Of a stretch of DNA of 64,000 nucleotides, positions 51,929 to 64,000 are shown in pieces. This stretch comes from Octopus bimaculoides (Eukaryota). Both the position numbers and the translations under genes were made by a program. The DNA is taken from NCBI RefSeq assembly GCF_001194135.2, contig NC_069004.1, forward strand, positions 19,526,343-19,590,342, written 5' to 3'. Positions within the stretch are counted from its first letter, which is position 1; each line of letters starts with the position of its first letter. The notes below the pieces were generated by a model. The model had not been told where the DNA came from, searched no databases, and saw nothing but the letters and a program-made list of their open reading frames with translations.

Positions 51929-52510
51929 TTAACCTTTTAGCGTTTAAGCTGGCCATATCTAGCCAAAATATTTTACCTGTTTTATGTTTAAACTGGTTAG
52001 ATCTGGTTTCTCACACCAACCCTATATCATTCTGAAAAATTAACAGTTACCTCATCAAAATGTCAAAGCTACAAGATAATGCATGATTAATTCAAAACAA
52101 TCTGAATGAAAAAGTATTGCTTTTGACAGGTGAAGGTGCATGGCTCAGTGGTTAGAGTATCGGACTCACAAGCATGAGCTTGTGAGTTCAGTTCTTGGAC
52201 TGGGTTGTGTTCTTGAATAAGACACTTTATTTCACATTGCTCCAGTTCACTCAGCTGTAGAAATGAGTTGTGATGTCACTGGTGCCAAGCTGTATCAGCC
52301 TTTGCCTATCCTTTGGATAACATCGGTGACATGGAGAGGGGAGGCTGGTATGCCTGGGCAAACTGCTGGTCTTCATAAACAACCTTGCCTGGACTTGTGC
52401 CTCAGAGGGTGACTGCCTAGGTGCAATCTCATGGTCACTCATGACCAAAGGAGGTTTTTTACCCATTTTTTCCCCCTTTTGACAGAATAATGTGAATGCT
52501 GAAGGGTTAA
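51929..52510 (+). mobile_element. MITE F interrupted by a full SINE family D (52130-52476) with a 9-bp TSD
   Basis: ttttgacag at 52121-52129 and 52477-52485. SINE head tggctcagtggttagagt..gagttcagttc and body ttgaataagacactttat..ttgctccagttcactcagctg. Related heads lie at 37085, 38390 and 43680. Confidence 0.85.
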
Positions 52511-54791
52511 ATGCTGAACAACAGAGTCAACAGACCAAACACTTTATGAGTGCAATTGCAATGTTTGTGTAGAATTACTTTATGTTATATAAAAATACTA
52601 AGGTGCCGAGCTGGCAGAATCGTAAGCACTCTGGCAAGATGCTCAGCGGCATTTTGTTCGTCTTCAGGTTTTGCGTTGAGATGCCACTATGGGTCGATAA
52701 AATGTGTACCAGTCAAGAATTGAGGTCAATGTTATCAACTTACTCCTCTGGCCTTCTGCCAAAATTTGAAATCATGAGTTTGGTTGTATATGTGTATGTC
52801 TTTGTGTTTGTCCCTCACTAATGCTTGACAACCGATGTTGGTTTGTTTACATCCCTGTAACTTAGTGATCCAGTGTAAGAGACTGATAGAGTAAGTACCA
52901 GGCTTTTAAAACTTTAGCATTTAATCTGACCAAAATATTCTCCCTGTTTTATGATCAAACTGGCCAGATCTGGTCAAACACTGGACAAAAAGCTTAGCAG
53001 CATTTCTTTTGGCTTTATGTCTTGAGTTCGAATGCTGCCAAAGTCAACTTTGCCACTCATCCTTTTGGGACCAATAAAATAAATACCAATTGAGCAGTAC
53101 TGGAGTTGATTAATCCCCCAAAGTTTAGGTCTTGTGCTTATAGTAGAAACAGTTATATAATTGGATTGAAATGCATTTACACACCTATATATGTACTGTT
53201 TATCTTCTATCTTTTACCTGTTTCAGTCATTGGACTGCGACCATTCCGGGATACTGACTTACAGGGTTTTTATTCAGACAAATCTATCCCAGTACTTATT
53301 TTAACCCTTTACCATTCAGATTACTCTGTCAAATGTAATGTTTATTTATTCAAATTGTTTTGAATTAATCATATAGATATAAGATTTCAATGAAGAGAGT
53401 GTTTACTTTTTAGAATGACATTGTATGATAGGTGTAAAAGACCAGACCTGGTCAGCTTGAACATAAAACAGGTAGAATATTTTGGCAAGATTAAATGCTA
53501 AAGTTTTAAAATCCCGGTACTTATTCTACCTGTCTCTTACACCAAATCATTAAGTTACCAGGGCATAAACAAACCGACATCGGTTGTCAGGTGGCAATGG
53601 GGACAAACACACATACATATACAACCGCCCTCTTTCTGTTTGTGTCTACCAAATCTACTCACGGGCCTTTGATGAGCTTGGGACTATAATAGAAGACACT
53701 CGCCCAAGGTACCATGCAGTGGCTCTGAAACTGGAACCATATGGTTGGGAAGCAAACTTCTTAAAACCCACCCACCCAGCTACACTTGTACCTATTGTCG
53801 AGTTATCTTATAAATCTCACTTCCTTTCTCTTTCTCTCTGTCTAGAAATAAAAAAAAATTAAATATTAAATTAGAGTAGTTAATTTTAGTTAATTAACTT
53901 GCCATTTTTCAAGTTACATGTCATACTTAAAAAGCATTTATTTCTATTGTATTGTATTTCAGTTGCAGCACATATCTATCTATTTTATGTCTCCACAGAA
54001 AAGCTGGTCAACACAAATATATTTTTGTCTAATTTCCTAGCCATCTGTTTGTAATACTTTATAAGGATTCTGTAACTGTTATTAAATTAGATGTACAACT
54101 TCTCATATTTGGAGTTTAATTGTGCCTTTTAGTAGTAGTGATCTTAGTTAACAATTAGATAAATTACCAAATGCTTGCAGGGATTTTGAAAACTGACAAA
54201 GAAACGTGTTTATTTTTGGAATATGGAAACTATACTCTTGAACTCTTTATATTTATAACAAAGAAATAAAAAGGATTTCAAATCATCAGACTCTGTGTGT
54301 ATGTATTTGTGTATGCCCACATATATACACTTGATTTTTATTTTACACACGAATAGACGCGTATATTTATCTATCTGCCTTAAGTTTGTTTTTATGTTCA
54401 GATGTAATAAAAACAATTTTACATTATCTGATAGGCTACCCTATACTCTTGTAGAGTACAAATTTATTATTCTTATGCAAAAATGTTGTTGACAGTAACT
54501 TTGAAGTTTCAGCCAGCTGGCTGAAAGATCAAAGTTTTTGCCAACAACATTCTTGTATAAGAATAACACACAAACACACACAAGATTATAAATTAAAAAC
54601 AGCTCCAGTTATGTAAATATTATCCACCATAGATACATAGTGCATGTGTTTTGTTTAAATGCTCATTTACTGCAGGGTGACATTCAGGGAAAATTCCCTT
54701 CATGGTGCATGTAACAAGCTTCTCTTTGATGCTATCCTGCACCAAATGGATGTTTCAACAAAACACATACATTATACTTATGCAACCAATA

Positions 54792-54839
<48 letters not shown>

Positions 54840-54841
<2 letters not shown>

Positions 54842-55290
54842 TAAAACAGTAGGGTAAAAAATTGGATATTAATTAATATCAATTTAATACCAGGGAACAA
54901 GCACATTAAAAGAATCAAGGAGATTCAGAAAAAATATCAGATCTCAAAGGATTATTGTATATGTATATATAAAGGAGACCACTAGGTGGACTGTTAATGT
55001 GCTAGAAGATCACATGTAATGTGTCTATTAAGACCGAATTGTTCGCTAAATTTTATTTGAGAACAATTCGGTCTTAGCAGACGCATTACATGTGATCTTC
55101 TTCTAGTACATTAACAGTCTACTTAGTGGTCTCCTTTATATATACATATATATATAGTAAAATCGACAAATAGAATACAGTGAACTACCAATAGGGAGAG
55201 GAAAATTCAATGTTTTCTCTGAAAAGGGCTTTGTCTGAAATGGTGGACACATCCTTCCATCTGCTAGTTCACTGTGCTCTTATCAATTTT
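54840..55290 (+). mobile_element. (TA)n-adjacent element containing an ~88-bp-arm hairpin (54958-55044, 55061-55150) and a degenerate hammerhead-like motif (55219-55245); possibly Penelope-related
   Basis: The arms are read directly as reverse complements. Motif CTGAAAA-gggctttgtct-GAAAtggt. Confidence 0.65.
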
Positions 55291-55489
55291 ACTAAATAAT
55301 ACAAGCTTTGCCGATGCAGACCAACACCAGTCTCTTTGGTGTCTGTTAGGTCATATATAAATTAGTACCATCATCATTTAATGTCCATTTTCCATGCTAG
55401 CATGGGTTGGACAGCTTAATAAAAGCTGGCAAAGCCAGGGGCTGCACCAGGTTCCATAGCCTGTTTTTGGCTTGGTATTTACATGTTGC

Positions 55490-56960
55490 ACCAAATGCTT
55501 AGTGGCATTCCTTCCTGCTCTTTATGGTCTGAGTTCAAATTACACCGAGGTCAATAAAATAAGTACTAGTTGAGCACTGAAGTCAATGTAATCAAGTAGC
55601 ATTTTCCCCTGAAAAATTTCAGGCCTTGTGCCTATCGTTGAAAAGATTGTCGTTGTTATTATTTCATCTGAAGGCGGCGAGCTGGCAGAAACATTAGCAT
55701 GCTGGGCGAAATGCTTAGTGGTATTTCGTCTGTCTTTATGTTCTGAGTTCAAATTCCGTCGAGGTCAACTTTGTCTTTCATCCTTTTGGGGTACTGGGGT
55801 TGATCTAATCAACTGGCCTCCTCCCCCACAATTTTGGGCCTTGTACCTAGAATAGAAAAGACTATTATTATTTCATCTGTCTTTATGTTCTGAGTTCAAA
55901 TTCTGCAGAGGTCGACTTTACCTTTCATCCTTTCGGGGTCTGTAAAATAAGTACCAGCTGAAATTGTTGTGTTGTGCCAAAATTTGAAATAATAATAATA
56001 ATAATAATAATAATTATTATTATTATTATTATATGGAGGTTGATAAAAATAAGTTCCAGTTGAGCACTGGAATTGATATAATTGGCTAACTCCCTCCTCC
56101 TAAAATTGCTGGCCTTGTGCCAAAATTATTATTCTTATTATAAATAAATAGAGTATCTGGCAGAATCATTAACATGCTGGGCCAAATGCTTAGAACATGG
56201 AAGACATGCGAAATGCTGCTGAAGTTGACTTTTGCATTTTTTTGTGCATTCAGGGAAATAAGTACCAGTCAAACATTGGGGTCCATGTAATCGATTTCCC
56301 TTTCCTTTTAAAAACTGCTGTCCCTGTGCCAAATTTGTACACTCTAAGTGTTAATCCAGCTGAGGTTGACTTTGCCTTTCATCCTTTCGGGGTCGATGAA
56401 TTATGTACCAGTGTGCAACACCGGGGTTGATGTAATCGACAAGTCCCCTCCCCCCAAATTTGAGGCCCTGTGCCTCCACTCGATAGGATTATTATTACTA
56501 TGTGGTTCAAAAGGCAGAGAGCAAAGTGCCTTGTAGTATTTGATCTGGGTGTTTTAATACTTTGTGTTCAAATTCCATCAAGATCAATCTTTTGGATCAG
56601 TATTGACAAAACCACTCCCCTCAAAGTTGCTGGCTTTGTGCCTAAATCAGAACGATAGTTTGTCATATCCCTTGTGTTTCTGAGTTTAAACCTTGTATTG
56701 AGTGACTTTGGCTTTTTGTTCATGTGGTGGGGTTGATAATATCAATACTACTTAATTATTAACAACACCCTCTCCTACACCAAAAAAAATTTGTGACTTT
56801 GTGCTTCAATTAGACATTATTATGATAGTAGAGTGGTTAGCCTTCTGGTATTTACCTTCTAGGGGATCAGCTTTGATTTTCCTACTAGGCTTGATTTTAT
56901 CAACAGTGCTTCTTTCTTCGCCAATTTTTTTGCCTTGTGCTCTTGTAAAGCATTAATCAT
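55490..56960 (+). mobile_element. Second chain of about 9 same-orientation, partly truncated SINE B copies
   Basis: Repeated ttctgagttcaaatt / gttgactttgcctttcatcc / ggccttgtgcc modules separated by (ATT/AAT)n. Confidence 0.85.
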
Positions 56961-57502
56961 TATCTTTATTATTATGTCTGTATATATTTACACACGTGTT
57001 CATTGCGAGCGATTGAGTTATGTAAATCTAATGGCCATATGTCTGTAATAAAATAAATTAGGCAAGATCTAATTATCTATTATTTTAAAAGCGATTTATT
57101 TTATGGAATAGATGTCTAGTTAATAACCTCCGTCTTAATCTCCTAGAAACGGTCTCTTCCAGACAGCAGTACTTCAGTGACTTAACAGGGGAGGAGGAGG
57201 AGGAGGAGGAGAAGAAGAAACAAAGCCAAAACTACCTTGAATGAATGAATGAACGAACAATCAATATAAGGGTGAACTGAGTGAGAATTTTAACACGTTT
57301 CTATTTAGAAACCAAAGTCGAATTTGTGTTCAATACACAAGCATACACATGCAAACACTCACACAGAAGCACTCGCATACATAGTCGCTCAGTTCAGAGC
57401 TTAAATTCACACTATTTGAATGGTTGAATAAGTAGATGTATTAATGTTCCGCAAAGAGTTGAGTGAAGAAAAAATATAAATATATTCGTCATACAATTTT
57501 GT

Positions 57503-57504
<2 letters not shown>

Positions 57505-57559
<55 letters not shown>

Positions 57560-57601
57560 TGCGTGCGCGTGCGTGCGTGCGTGCGTGCGTGTGTGTGTGT
57601 G
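57505..57601. repeat. (GT)n-(GCGT)n-(GT)n alternating purine-pyrimidine microsatellite
   Basis: Read directly. Confidence 0.95.
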
Positions 57602-58429
57602 CATAATATAGTAGTTAAATACAATTTGTGTATATAGTTAAATACAGAGAGTATTAGATAGTATCTTACTTCAGGAATAATGTTGTTTGTGTATGTGTGT
57701 GTATTTATGTGTATGTATGTGTGTGNNNNNNNNNNTATATATATATATATATATATATATTTATTTATATGTATTTGTGTATGTATGTGTGTGTATATGT
57801 ATGTGTTTTTGTGTATATATGTGTGTGTGTGTCTATATATTGTATATATAATGTATATATGTATGTGTGTGTATATATATATAATATTTATGTATGTGTA
57901 TTTCTATGTACCTGCATATGTATGTGTGCGTGTGTATATGTATATATATGTATCTGTGTGTGTGTGTATGTATATAAATACACCCACCCACACATGGTTG
58001 TGTAGTTAACTTCCCAGTCACATGACTTTAGGTTCAGTTGCATTGCATGCCACATTTGACATTTGGCTTCTATAAACTTGGGCCGAGTGAAACCTTGTGA
58101 ATGGATTTAGAGAAACTGAAAGAAAGACCGTGTGTGTGTGTCTTGATACTGCATGATAGTTGTAAATGAGTGCCACTGTCAAACAAGTGGTGTCATTTGT
58201 TCGCCAGTCTTCTGAAAACTAGCTGGGTCATAGGGAAATATTACTTTACCTGGAAACAAAGATTGGTCAACTGGAAGGGGGCATCAGCTGTGAAAGTTCT
58301 ACCTCAGTGAATTGTGTCTAACCAATGCAAACATGGAAAAGTGCTTGTTAAATCGATGCTGGTGCTTTATACAGACACACATATATTTATATACGTTTTA
58401 AGCCAGTTCATTTGGGGAAGGGGCTACTC

Positions 58430-59350
58430 TTTTACATCACTTACCATTGGGCTTAGCACTTTCAACCATGTCTGATATGCAAATCTGCTGGCTCTACCTG
58501 TCTCTCATCTCTTCGAATTTTAGCTTCCAATAAAATCACATCATCACAGTATCTGTTGAAGGGACTCTTTCTGAACCACTCCCAATCGATTCTGGTGTAC
58601 CCCAGGGTTCAATTTTGTTCCCATTCTCTTCCTTCATCTATGATTTATTTGCTTTCATGTCTAGTAATGCTTGTTCATATGCAGATGGCATCACTTTTCA
58701 GTTCTCTGGGACCTTTCCCAACCATCTTTCATTCACATGCAGCCATAGCACAATATGCCAAACTTTCACCTTTTCTATGAACGGTGGGCCTTGAAAGCAT
58801 CCTTCAGTTGGGCTTTGCTAATCTTGTCACTGCTCTTATGCAGATGACATCAAGTCCTCTGTGACCTTTCCTAACAATCTAACGTCCACATGCAGCCCCA
58901 ACACAACATATCAAACTTGCACTGAATCCATGATCAAGGACCTCAAAAGTATCCTCCTGTTGGGCCTTGTTAATCTTGTGACTTTCAATATAAGTACACT
59001 CTTCGTATCAAGAGAACACCTAAGCTTGAGTCAAGAGTCTAAAAGTTAGGCCACACTACCACCTAAGATCTCTTCTAGTGAAAGCAGATCCTTGACTGGG
59101 ACTGATTCTCAAAGACATGAAAATAATCTCTTTCAGACAACTACTGATACGCTACAAAGCTCAGCTGTGGAACGCAGTGTAGTATTGCTCCCACATCCTG
59201 GGACAGTGCTGTTACTGCGCACATAAGGATCCCAGATAACATTCATAGAAATACCATTTAATTTGCTTGCTTCATGCTCTTGCTTAATGAGGCTGGGGTC
59301 ATTCCAGGTTAGTTTTCCCAGAGATGTCATCATGCATAGAGCTGACCAGG
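58430..59350 (+). mobile_element. Decayed reverse transcriptase of a CR1/L2/Jockey-group LINE
   Basis: VSVEGTLSEPLPIDSGVPQGSILFP (GVPQGS motif), SYADG (YADD), GLVNLVTFN, and YKAQ..YCSH. Multiple frameshifts and stops. Confidence 0.8.
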
Positions 59351-59399
59351 TCCACCTGTCAATCAATCCCAGCCAAACCATCACTGCGGACATGTGGCA

Positions 59400-59715
59400 A
59401 CGAACAACACTTGCAGACTTGATCCTGTCACTCCATGATGAAGTCAGTGTTGCTTTGAAGAAGCTCAACAACCACAAATCCCCTTTAATGTGCACTATCA
59501 CTGGAGGTGTTGGAGGCAGGTGGAGACAACATGATCCAGTGGCTCACTTGTATCATCAGGCATGCATGAGTATCAGAGCGACTTCCAAATGACTGTACCC
59601 GGGGTATCATCCTCTCTTCCGGGAAACAGAAGGGCGACAAACTCATCTGCAACAACCACAGGGGTATCACCCTCCTCTCCATCTTGGGCAAACTCTTCAC
59701 CAGCATCCTTGTAAG
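59400..59715 (+). mobile_element. Internal fragment of an RTE-clade LINE ORF (pre-RT/RT start)
   Basis: DEVSVALKKLNNHKSP and KGDKLICNNHRGITLLSILGKLFTSIL match the RTE KGD..C.NYRGI.LLS..GK motif. Confidence 0.85.
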
Positions 59716-60704
59716 CTGTGCCACTCAACTGGTTGACATAAAATCATTCACAGATACATCCCTGCCTCAGACCCACAAAAATGCTGTCTGTGATGTGTAG
59801 CTATGTATTATTATCATCATCAGTTTTAACTCTGTAACTAGTTCCAGTTTCAGAGCTGTGGCCATGCTGGGGCACCACCATTAGCTTTACTACACCTTCA
59901 CTATTTGAAACTGCCTCTGATATGTGGAATTTGGTGAATGAGGGAGTTTCATGCTGCTGCCACCTTCATCTGCATTTCCTGAGGTAGGCTCATCTGGAAT
60001 CCTTGAGAGGAAGAAATCCAGTTTTGTTTTGAAGACACCTACATCCACACCATCATCATCATCTTCGTTTAATTCGGCTCAAATATTCTACCCGTTTTGC
60101 GTTCAAACTGACTAGATCAGGCCTCTCAGAACTACCCTGCAATGTCTTTCTAAAATCTGAAAGCTGTGAGACTGAAGCAGGATTAATTCAAAACAATTTG
60201 AATGAATAAACATTATATGTGATGGAGTAATCTGAATGCTAAAGAGTTAACAGTGTTTGATGGATCCAAGGAGTGCATTGTTGCTGCAGTATCTGCTTTG
60301 ATACTGGTTTTATGGGCTGAATGCCCTTCCTAATACCAACCACTTCACACCTTGGATCGGGTGGCCTTGATATGTCACCTGCACTATTGAGGTCACTGTA
60401 CAGTTTGCAGGGTGCTAAGGGACAAGGGGGTTACTATGAAAAGGTTTTTTTTTTTTTAGGGAGATCTGCATAGCTATGCACATCCAGTAAGGGAAAGTGA
60501 GGGAGAGAGAAAGCGGAAAAGATCAGTAGGGGCTGAAAGAGAATAATGGTGGTGAGGTACCTGGGTGCATCCCTCCCCCCAATTTTATATAATTAGTATA
60601 TGAAATTTATAAATATCATGCACACATATACATATACATCGCAACCACCAGCATCATTTTATGTAGATATATATGCGTTATGTGTGTTTATATGTATGTA
60701 TGTA

Positions 60705-60736
<32 letters not shown>

Positions 60737-61437
60737 TGTGTGTGTGTGTGCATATATATATATATATGTATGCATGTGTGTGTATATTGTGTGTGTGTGT
60801 GTGTATTTAAAGAAAAATTTTTAAAAGCATTTCCAAATGATAAAAAAAAGAATGAAGCAAAAGAAGAATGCAAAGACAAAGGAAGTATATGATGAAAAAG
60901 TGTCTCTCACCAGCCTTCCATAGAATGTTATCTTTTTGGTTACTGTGTTTCCCTTCTCTAGTTATCTAGTGAGGTTTCCATGGAAATGGAGAGATTCAGA
61001 GATTCAGTAGTCTTGGAAGGTCAAACTAGTAGGTGAGGTCAGGAAGGTGCTTCACACATTCTGAACACTGTGAGGCATGAATGGCCAGGAGCTGAGGAAG
61101 AAACATTTGCGATGGTGGTGGTGGCGGTGGCGACGGCAGGATGGAGAGCCGGTGGGGATGTGGATTGTAGATTGGAAGGTGATGGTGCTGGTGGGAGCAT
61201 ATGTCCTTTTGTGTATGAAATGGAGATGGTGGATGTAAGAGAGAAATGTAGTCGACTATGCATTATGTGTATGCACATGCACACACACACACATGGCTGT
61301 TTTCTTGGTTGCATCCTTCTTATNNNNNNNNNNNNNNNNNNNNNNNNNNNNNNNNNNNNNNNNNNNNNNNNNNNNNNNNNNNNNNNNNNNNNNNNNNNNN
61401 NNNNNNNNNNNNNNNNNNNNNNNNNNNNNNNNNNNNN

Positions 61438-61474
<37 letters not shown>

Positions 61475-62642
61475 CATACATACATACATGTATATGCATG
61501 TATATTGTATGCGTATATGCATGTATATTTTATGTATATGTGTGTATATATATGCATGTAAATTGTGTGTATATATGTATACGCATGTATATTGTATATG
61601 TGTGTACACACAAGCACACACATGCTTGTATGTTGTATGTATGTATATTGCATATGTGTGTTGTGTGTATTATATATATGTATATACTTCACATATTCAG
61701 ATGCACATTGCATCCAGATATATGCGCACACATAAAAGTACATTCATAGGTGCATAATCTATAGATATTCATGCACGCATGCATGCACACACACACACAC
61801 AGAAACACATAGAATTCTATTACAGTATGTTATTGGCGTCTGATATATAAATGATTGGTTGAGCATTTACTCTCCTCTTTTGCTTGCTGTTAAGACAAAC
61901 ATAAAGAGATACACCTAGATAATAAAAGTTGCAATAAGGGATTCATTCACTTAGAATTCAAGGTATTTATATTTATGAAATATAGAATTTGGTGTCAACT
62001 TGATATTACTTGCTTGATGGAAATATGTTTGATAAAGGTGGGTGGTGTTAAATTTAGGTTCTATGGCTAGGGGTGTTTTTTTTTTAATGTTTTGTTATTA
62101 CTGAAGTGTTCATGTCAAATGTTGTCTTCTATCTTCTATTCATCATCATCGTCATCATCCCCATTAATCTTATCATCATTCATCAGTCATTAACACTATT
62201 CATTATTACAATCATCCCCACCAACATTATCATTACTATTACTACTACTACCATCACCACCATAACCACCACTACCAACTCCAACATAAACAGCATCATC
62301 ATCTTTCTCAGGAGGGAGTGATTTGAAGATAGGTGTAAGAGAGAGAAAACATTTTTTTAAATGGGAAACAAAGAAAAGAATCGGTCCTTTTTTTCTTAAT
62401 CCTTCATTTGTAATATTTTACACACACACACACACAAAGATGTATGTAGATAGAAAAATGATGAAATCATAATGAATATTTTATTGCTAATAATTATTTC
62501 TGCAAAGAGGCAGAATTTCTATATTTAGTGGCTATTGTTGTCATAGCTTATTATCATTTTCTTGTTAATTAGTATTAATTATGTCCACTGTGGAAAGTGG
62601 CCATAGCTTAGAATAAGAGGCAGGCTCCTGGCAAGCTACGTC

Positions 62643-62687
<45 letters not shown>

Positions 62688-63276
62688 GTTATGTGTTGTC
62701 TGACCCCGTTTTTTTCAGTTACAGGTCAAATCCATTACACTACATTTCTGTGCCAACTGACACAGGTGAAGGAAGGAAAGGCATGAAAGCCTCAACATCA
62801 CATTTCTTTTTTTTCTTCTTTTTTTTTTATAACCCTCCGTGGAAATTTTAGAGGGAAGAGGCCTGTGTACTTAGTGAGAGAGAAAGAAATCAATAGTAAT
62901 TAATGTCCACAGATTGATTAATATTTTCAACATTAAACATTTCTGAACTCAGGCCATGTTGTAGAGAATTCATAATTAGGTGCTGGAAGATGGAAGAGCT
63001 GGGGAAGAAGAGGTGAGGCTGGAAGAGATGGGTGGGGTTTAACTGTAATATTTGTAATAGGTGTTTTGTTATTTAAATAAATAAGATGATCATTATTAAT
63101 TTAATTTTTTATTTTTTAAAATGTGTTATTAGCTGGATAGTAAAGAAAACAGAAAAAGAAAGCAGACACTGACTGTATCATGTGTGGTAAGGTAACATTG
63201 GTTCACTACAAGTTTAGTAGGGAAGTAACAATTTTTTTTTCTTCTTTTAATTGAAATAATTAATCATGATTATCGA

Positions 63277-63318
<42 letters not shown>

Positions 63319-64000
63319 GTGTGTTAGTAAGTGAGCAACTAGATAGTTTTATTTGTTCCTATCTGGCAGTGACTTGAACAGTTACTAGTGGTGAACCATG
63401 TAGAGTGACGTGGGAGGAGGAGGAAGAGGAGAGTTCCTTGTGAAACAGGTCTCAAACTAAGAGCTATCATTCTCTTCCTTTTCTACAGATGTTCTTGGGA
63501 AATATATATTTATAAACCTGTTAACGTGTCCTTATTTTTTTTCCGGACTCAGTAGGAGCTAATTTAAGATGGATATACATATCTGAGATTCCAAAAGTCA
63601 TTGTGCTTAGTGTATACTGGACATACATCAACATTGATTTGCTGGAGATTTGTCAACTTCTTTAATGTTGCTGCCATGAGAAAATGCACCCATTATACTC
63701 TGTGAAGTGGTTGGCAATAGGAAAGGTACACAGCCTTAAAAACCTAGCCAAAAGGAGCTGTGTATGAGCGCCAGTGTATGAGAGCAGTGTCTTCTAATTA
63801 GAAGTGACCCTATCCACAAGTATCCTTCCAACCCATTTCAGCATTGGAATGCAGGCATAGGAGGATGATGATGATGATGATGATAGCTACAGCTGCCACT
63901 TGGAATCTAGGATAACTTGGTGGAATATATCTATGCTTCTGCTGCTTGTTCTAGGTACATATGACCCAGTAAAACATTCATAATGTGACAGCAGAAGGGA

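Noticed and set aside
57147-57244. Possible terminal exon TVSSRQQYFSDLTGEEEEEEEKKKQSQNYLE*
   Set aside because: Largely a (GAG)n/(AAG)n microsatellite with only a moderate acceptor.

Overview
AT-rich eukaryotic, repeat-dense DNA from a gapped short-read assembly (8 N-runs, most next to (TA)n). The SINE families I recognise point to an octopus genome (inference, not a database result). I found no prokaryotic features, no CRISPR array, no true tRNA/rRNA gene and no long host-gene ORF. Nearly all ORF-track entries are microsatellite or N-gap artefacts. The window looks like a large intron or intergenic region. It contains: at least four tRNA-derived or LINE-tailed SINE families, two of them forming head-to-tail chains; TTAA-ended (piggyBac-type), hAT-type and Tigger-type MITEs; decayed transposases (one DD37D maT-like, one Tc1-like with DD35E spacing); fragments of RTE, R4/Dong-like and CR1/L2-group LINEs; four fold-back hairpins; and three degenerate Penelope-type hammerhead-like motifs. 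Several short unique islands are bounded by good splice signals (best: +34594-34647, +8342-8359, -51090-51096, -46179-46454). They occur on both strands, so some must be chance, and I cannot name a host gene. I see no firm evidence of a new biological system. The best leads are the hairpin/hammerhead remnants, a possible (AAT)n-targeting LINE/SINE partnership, and the candidate micro-exons.
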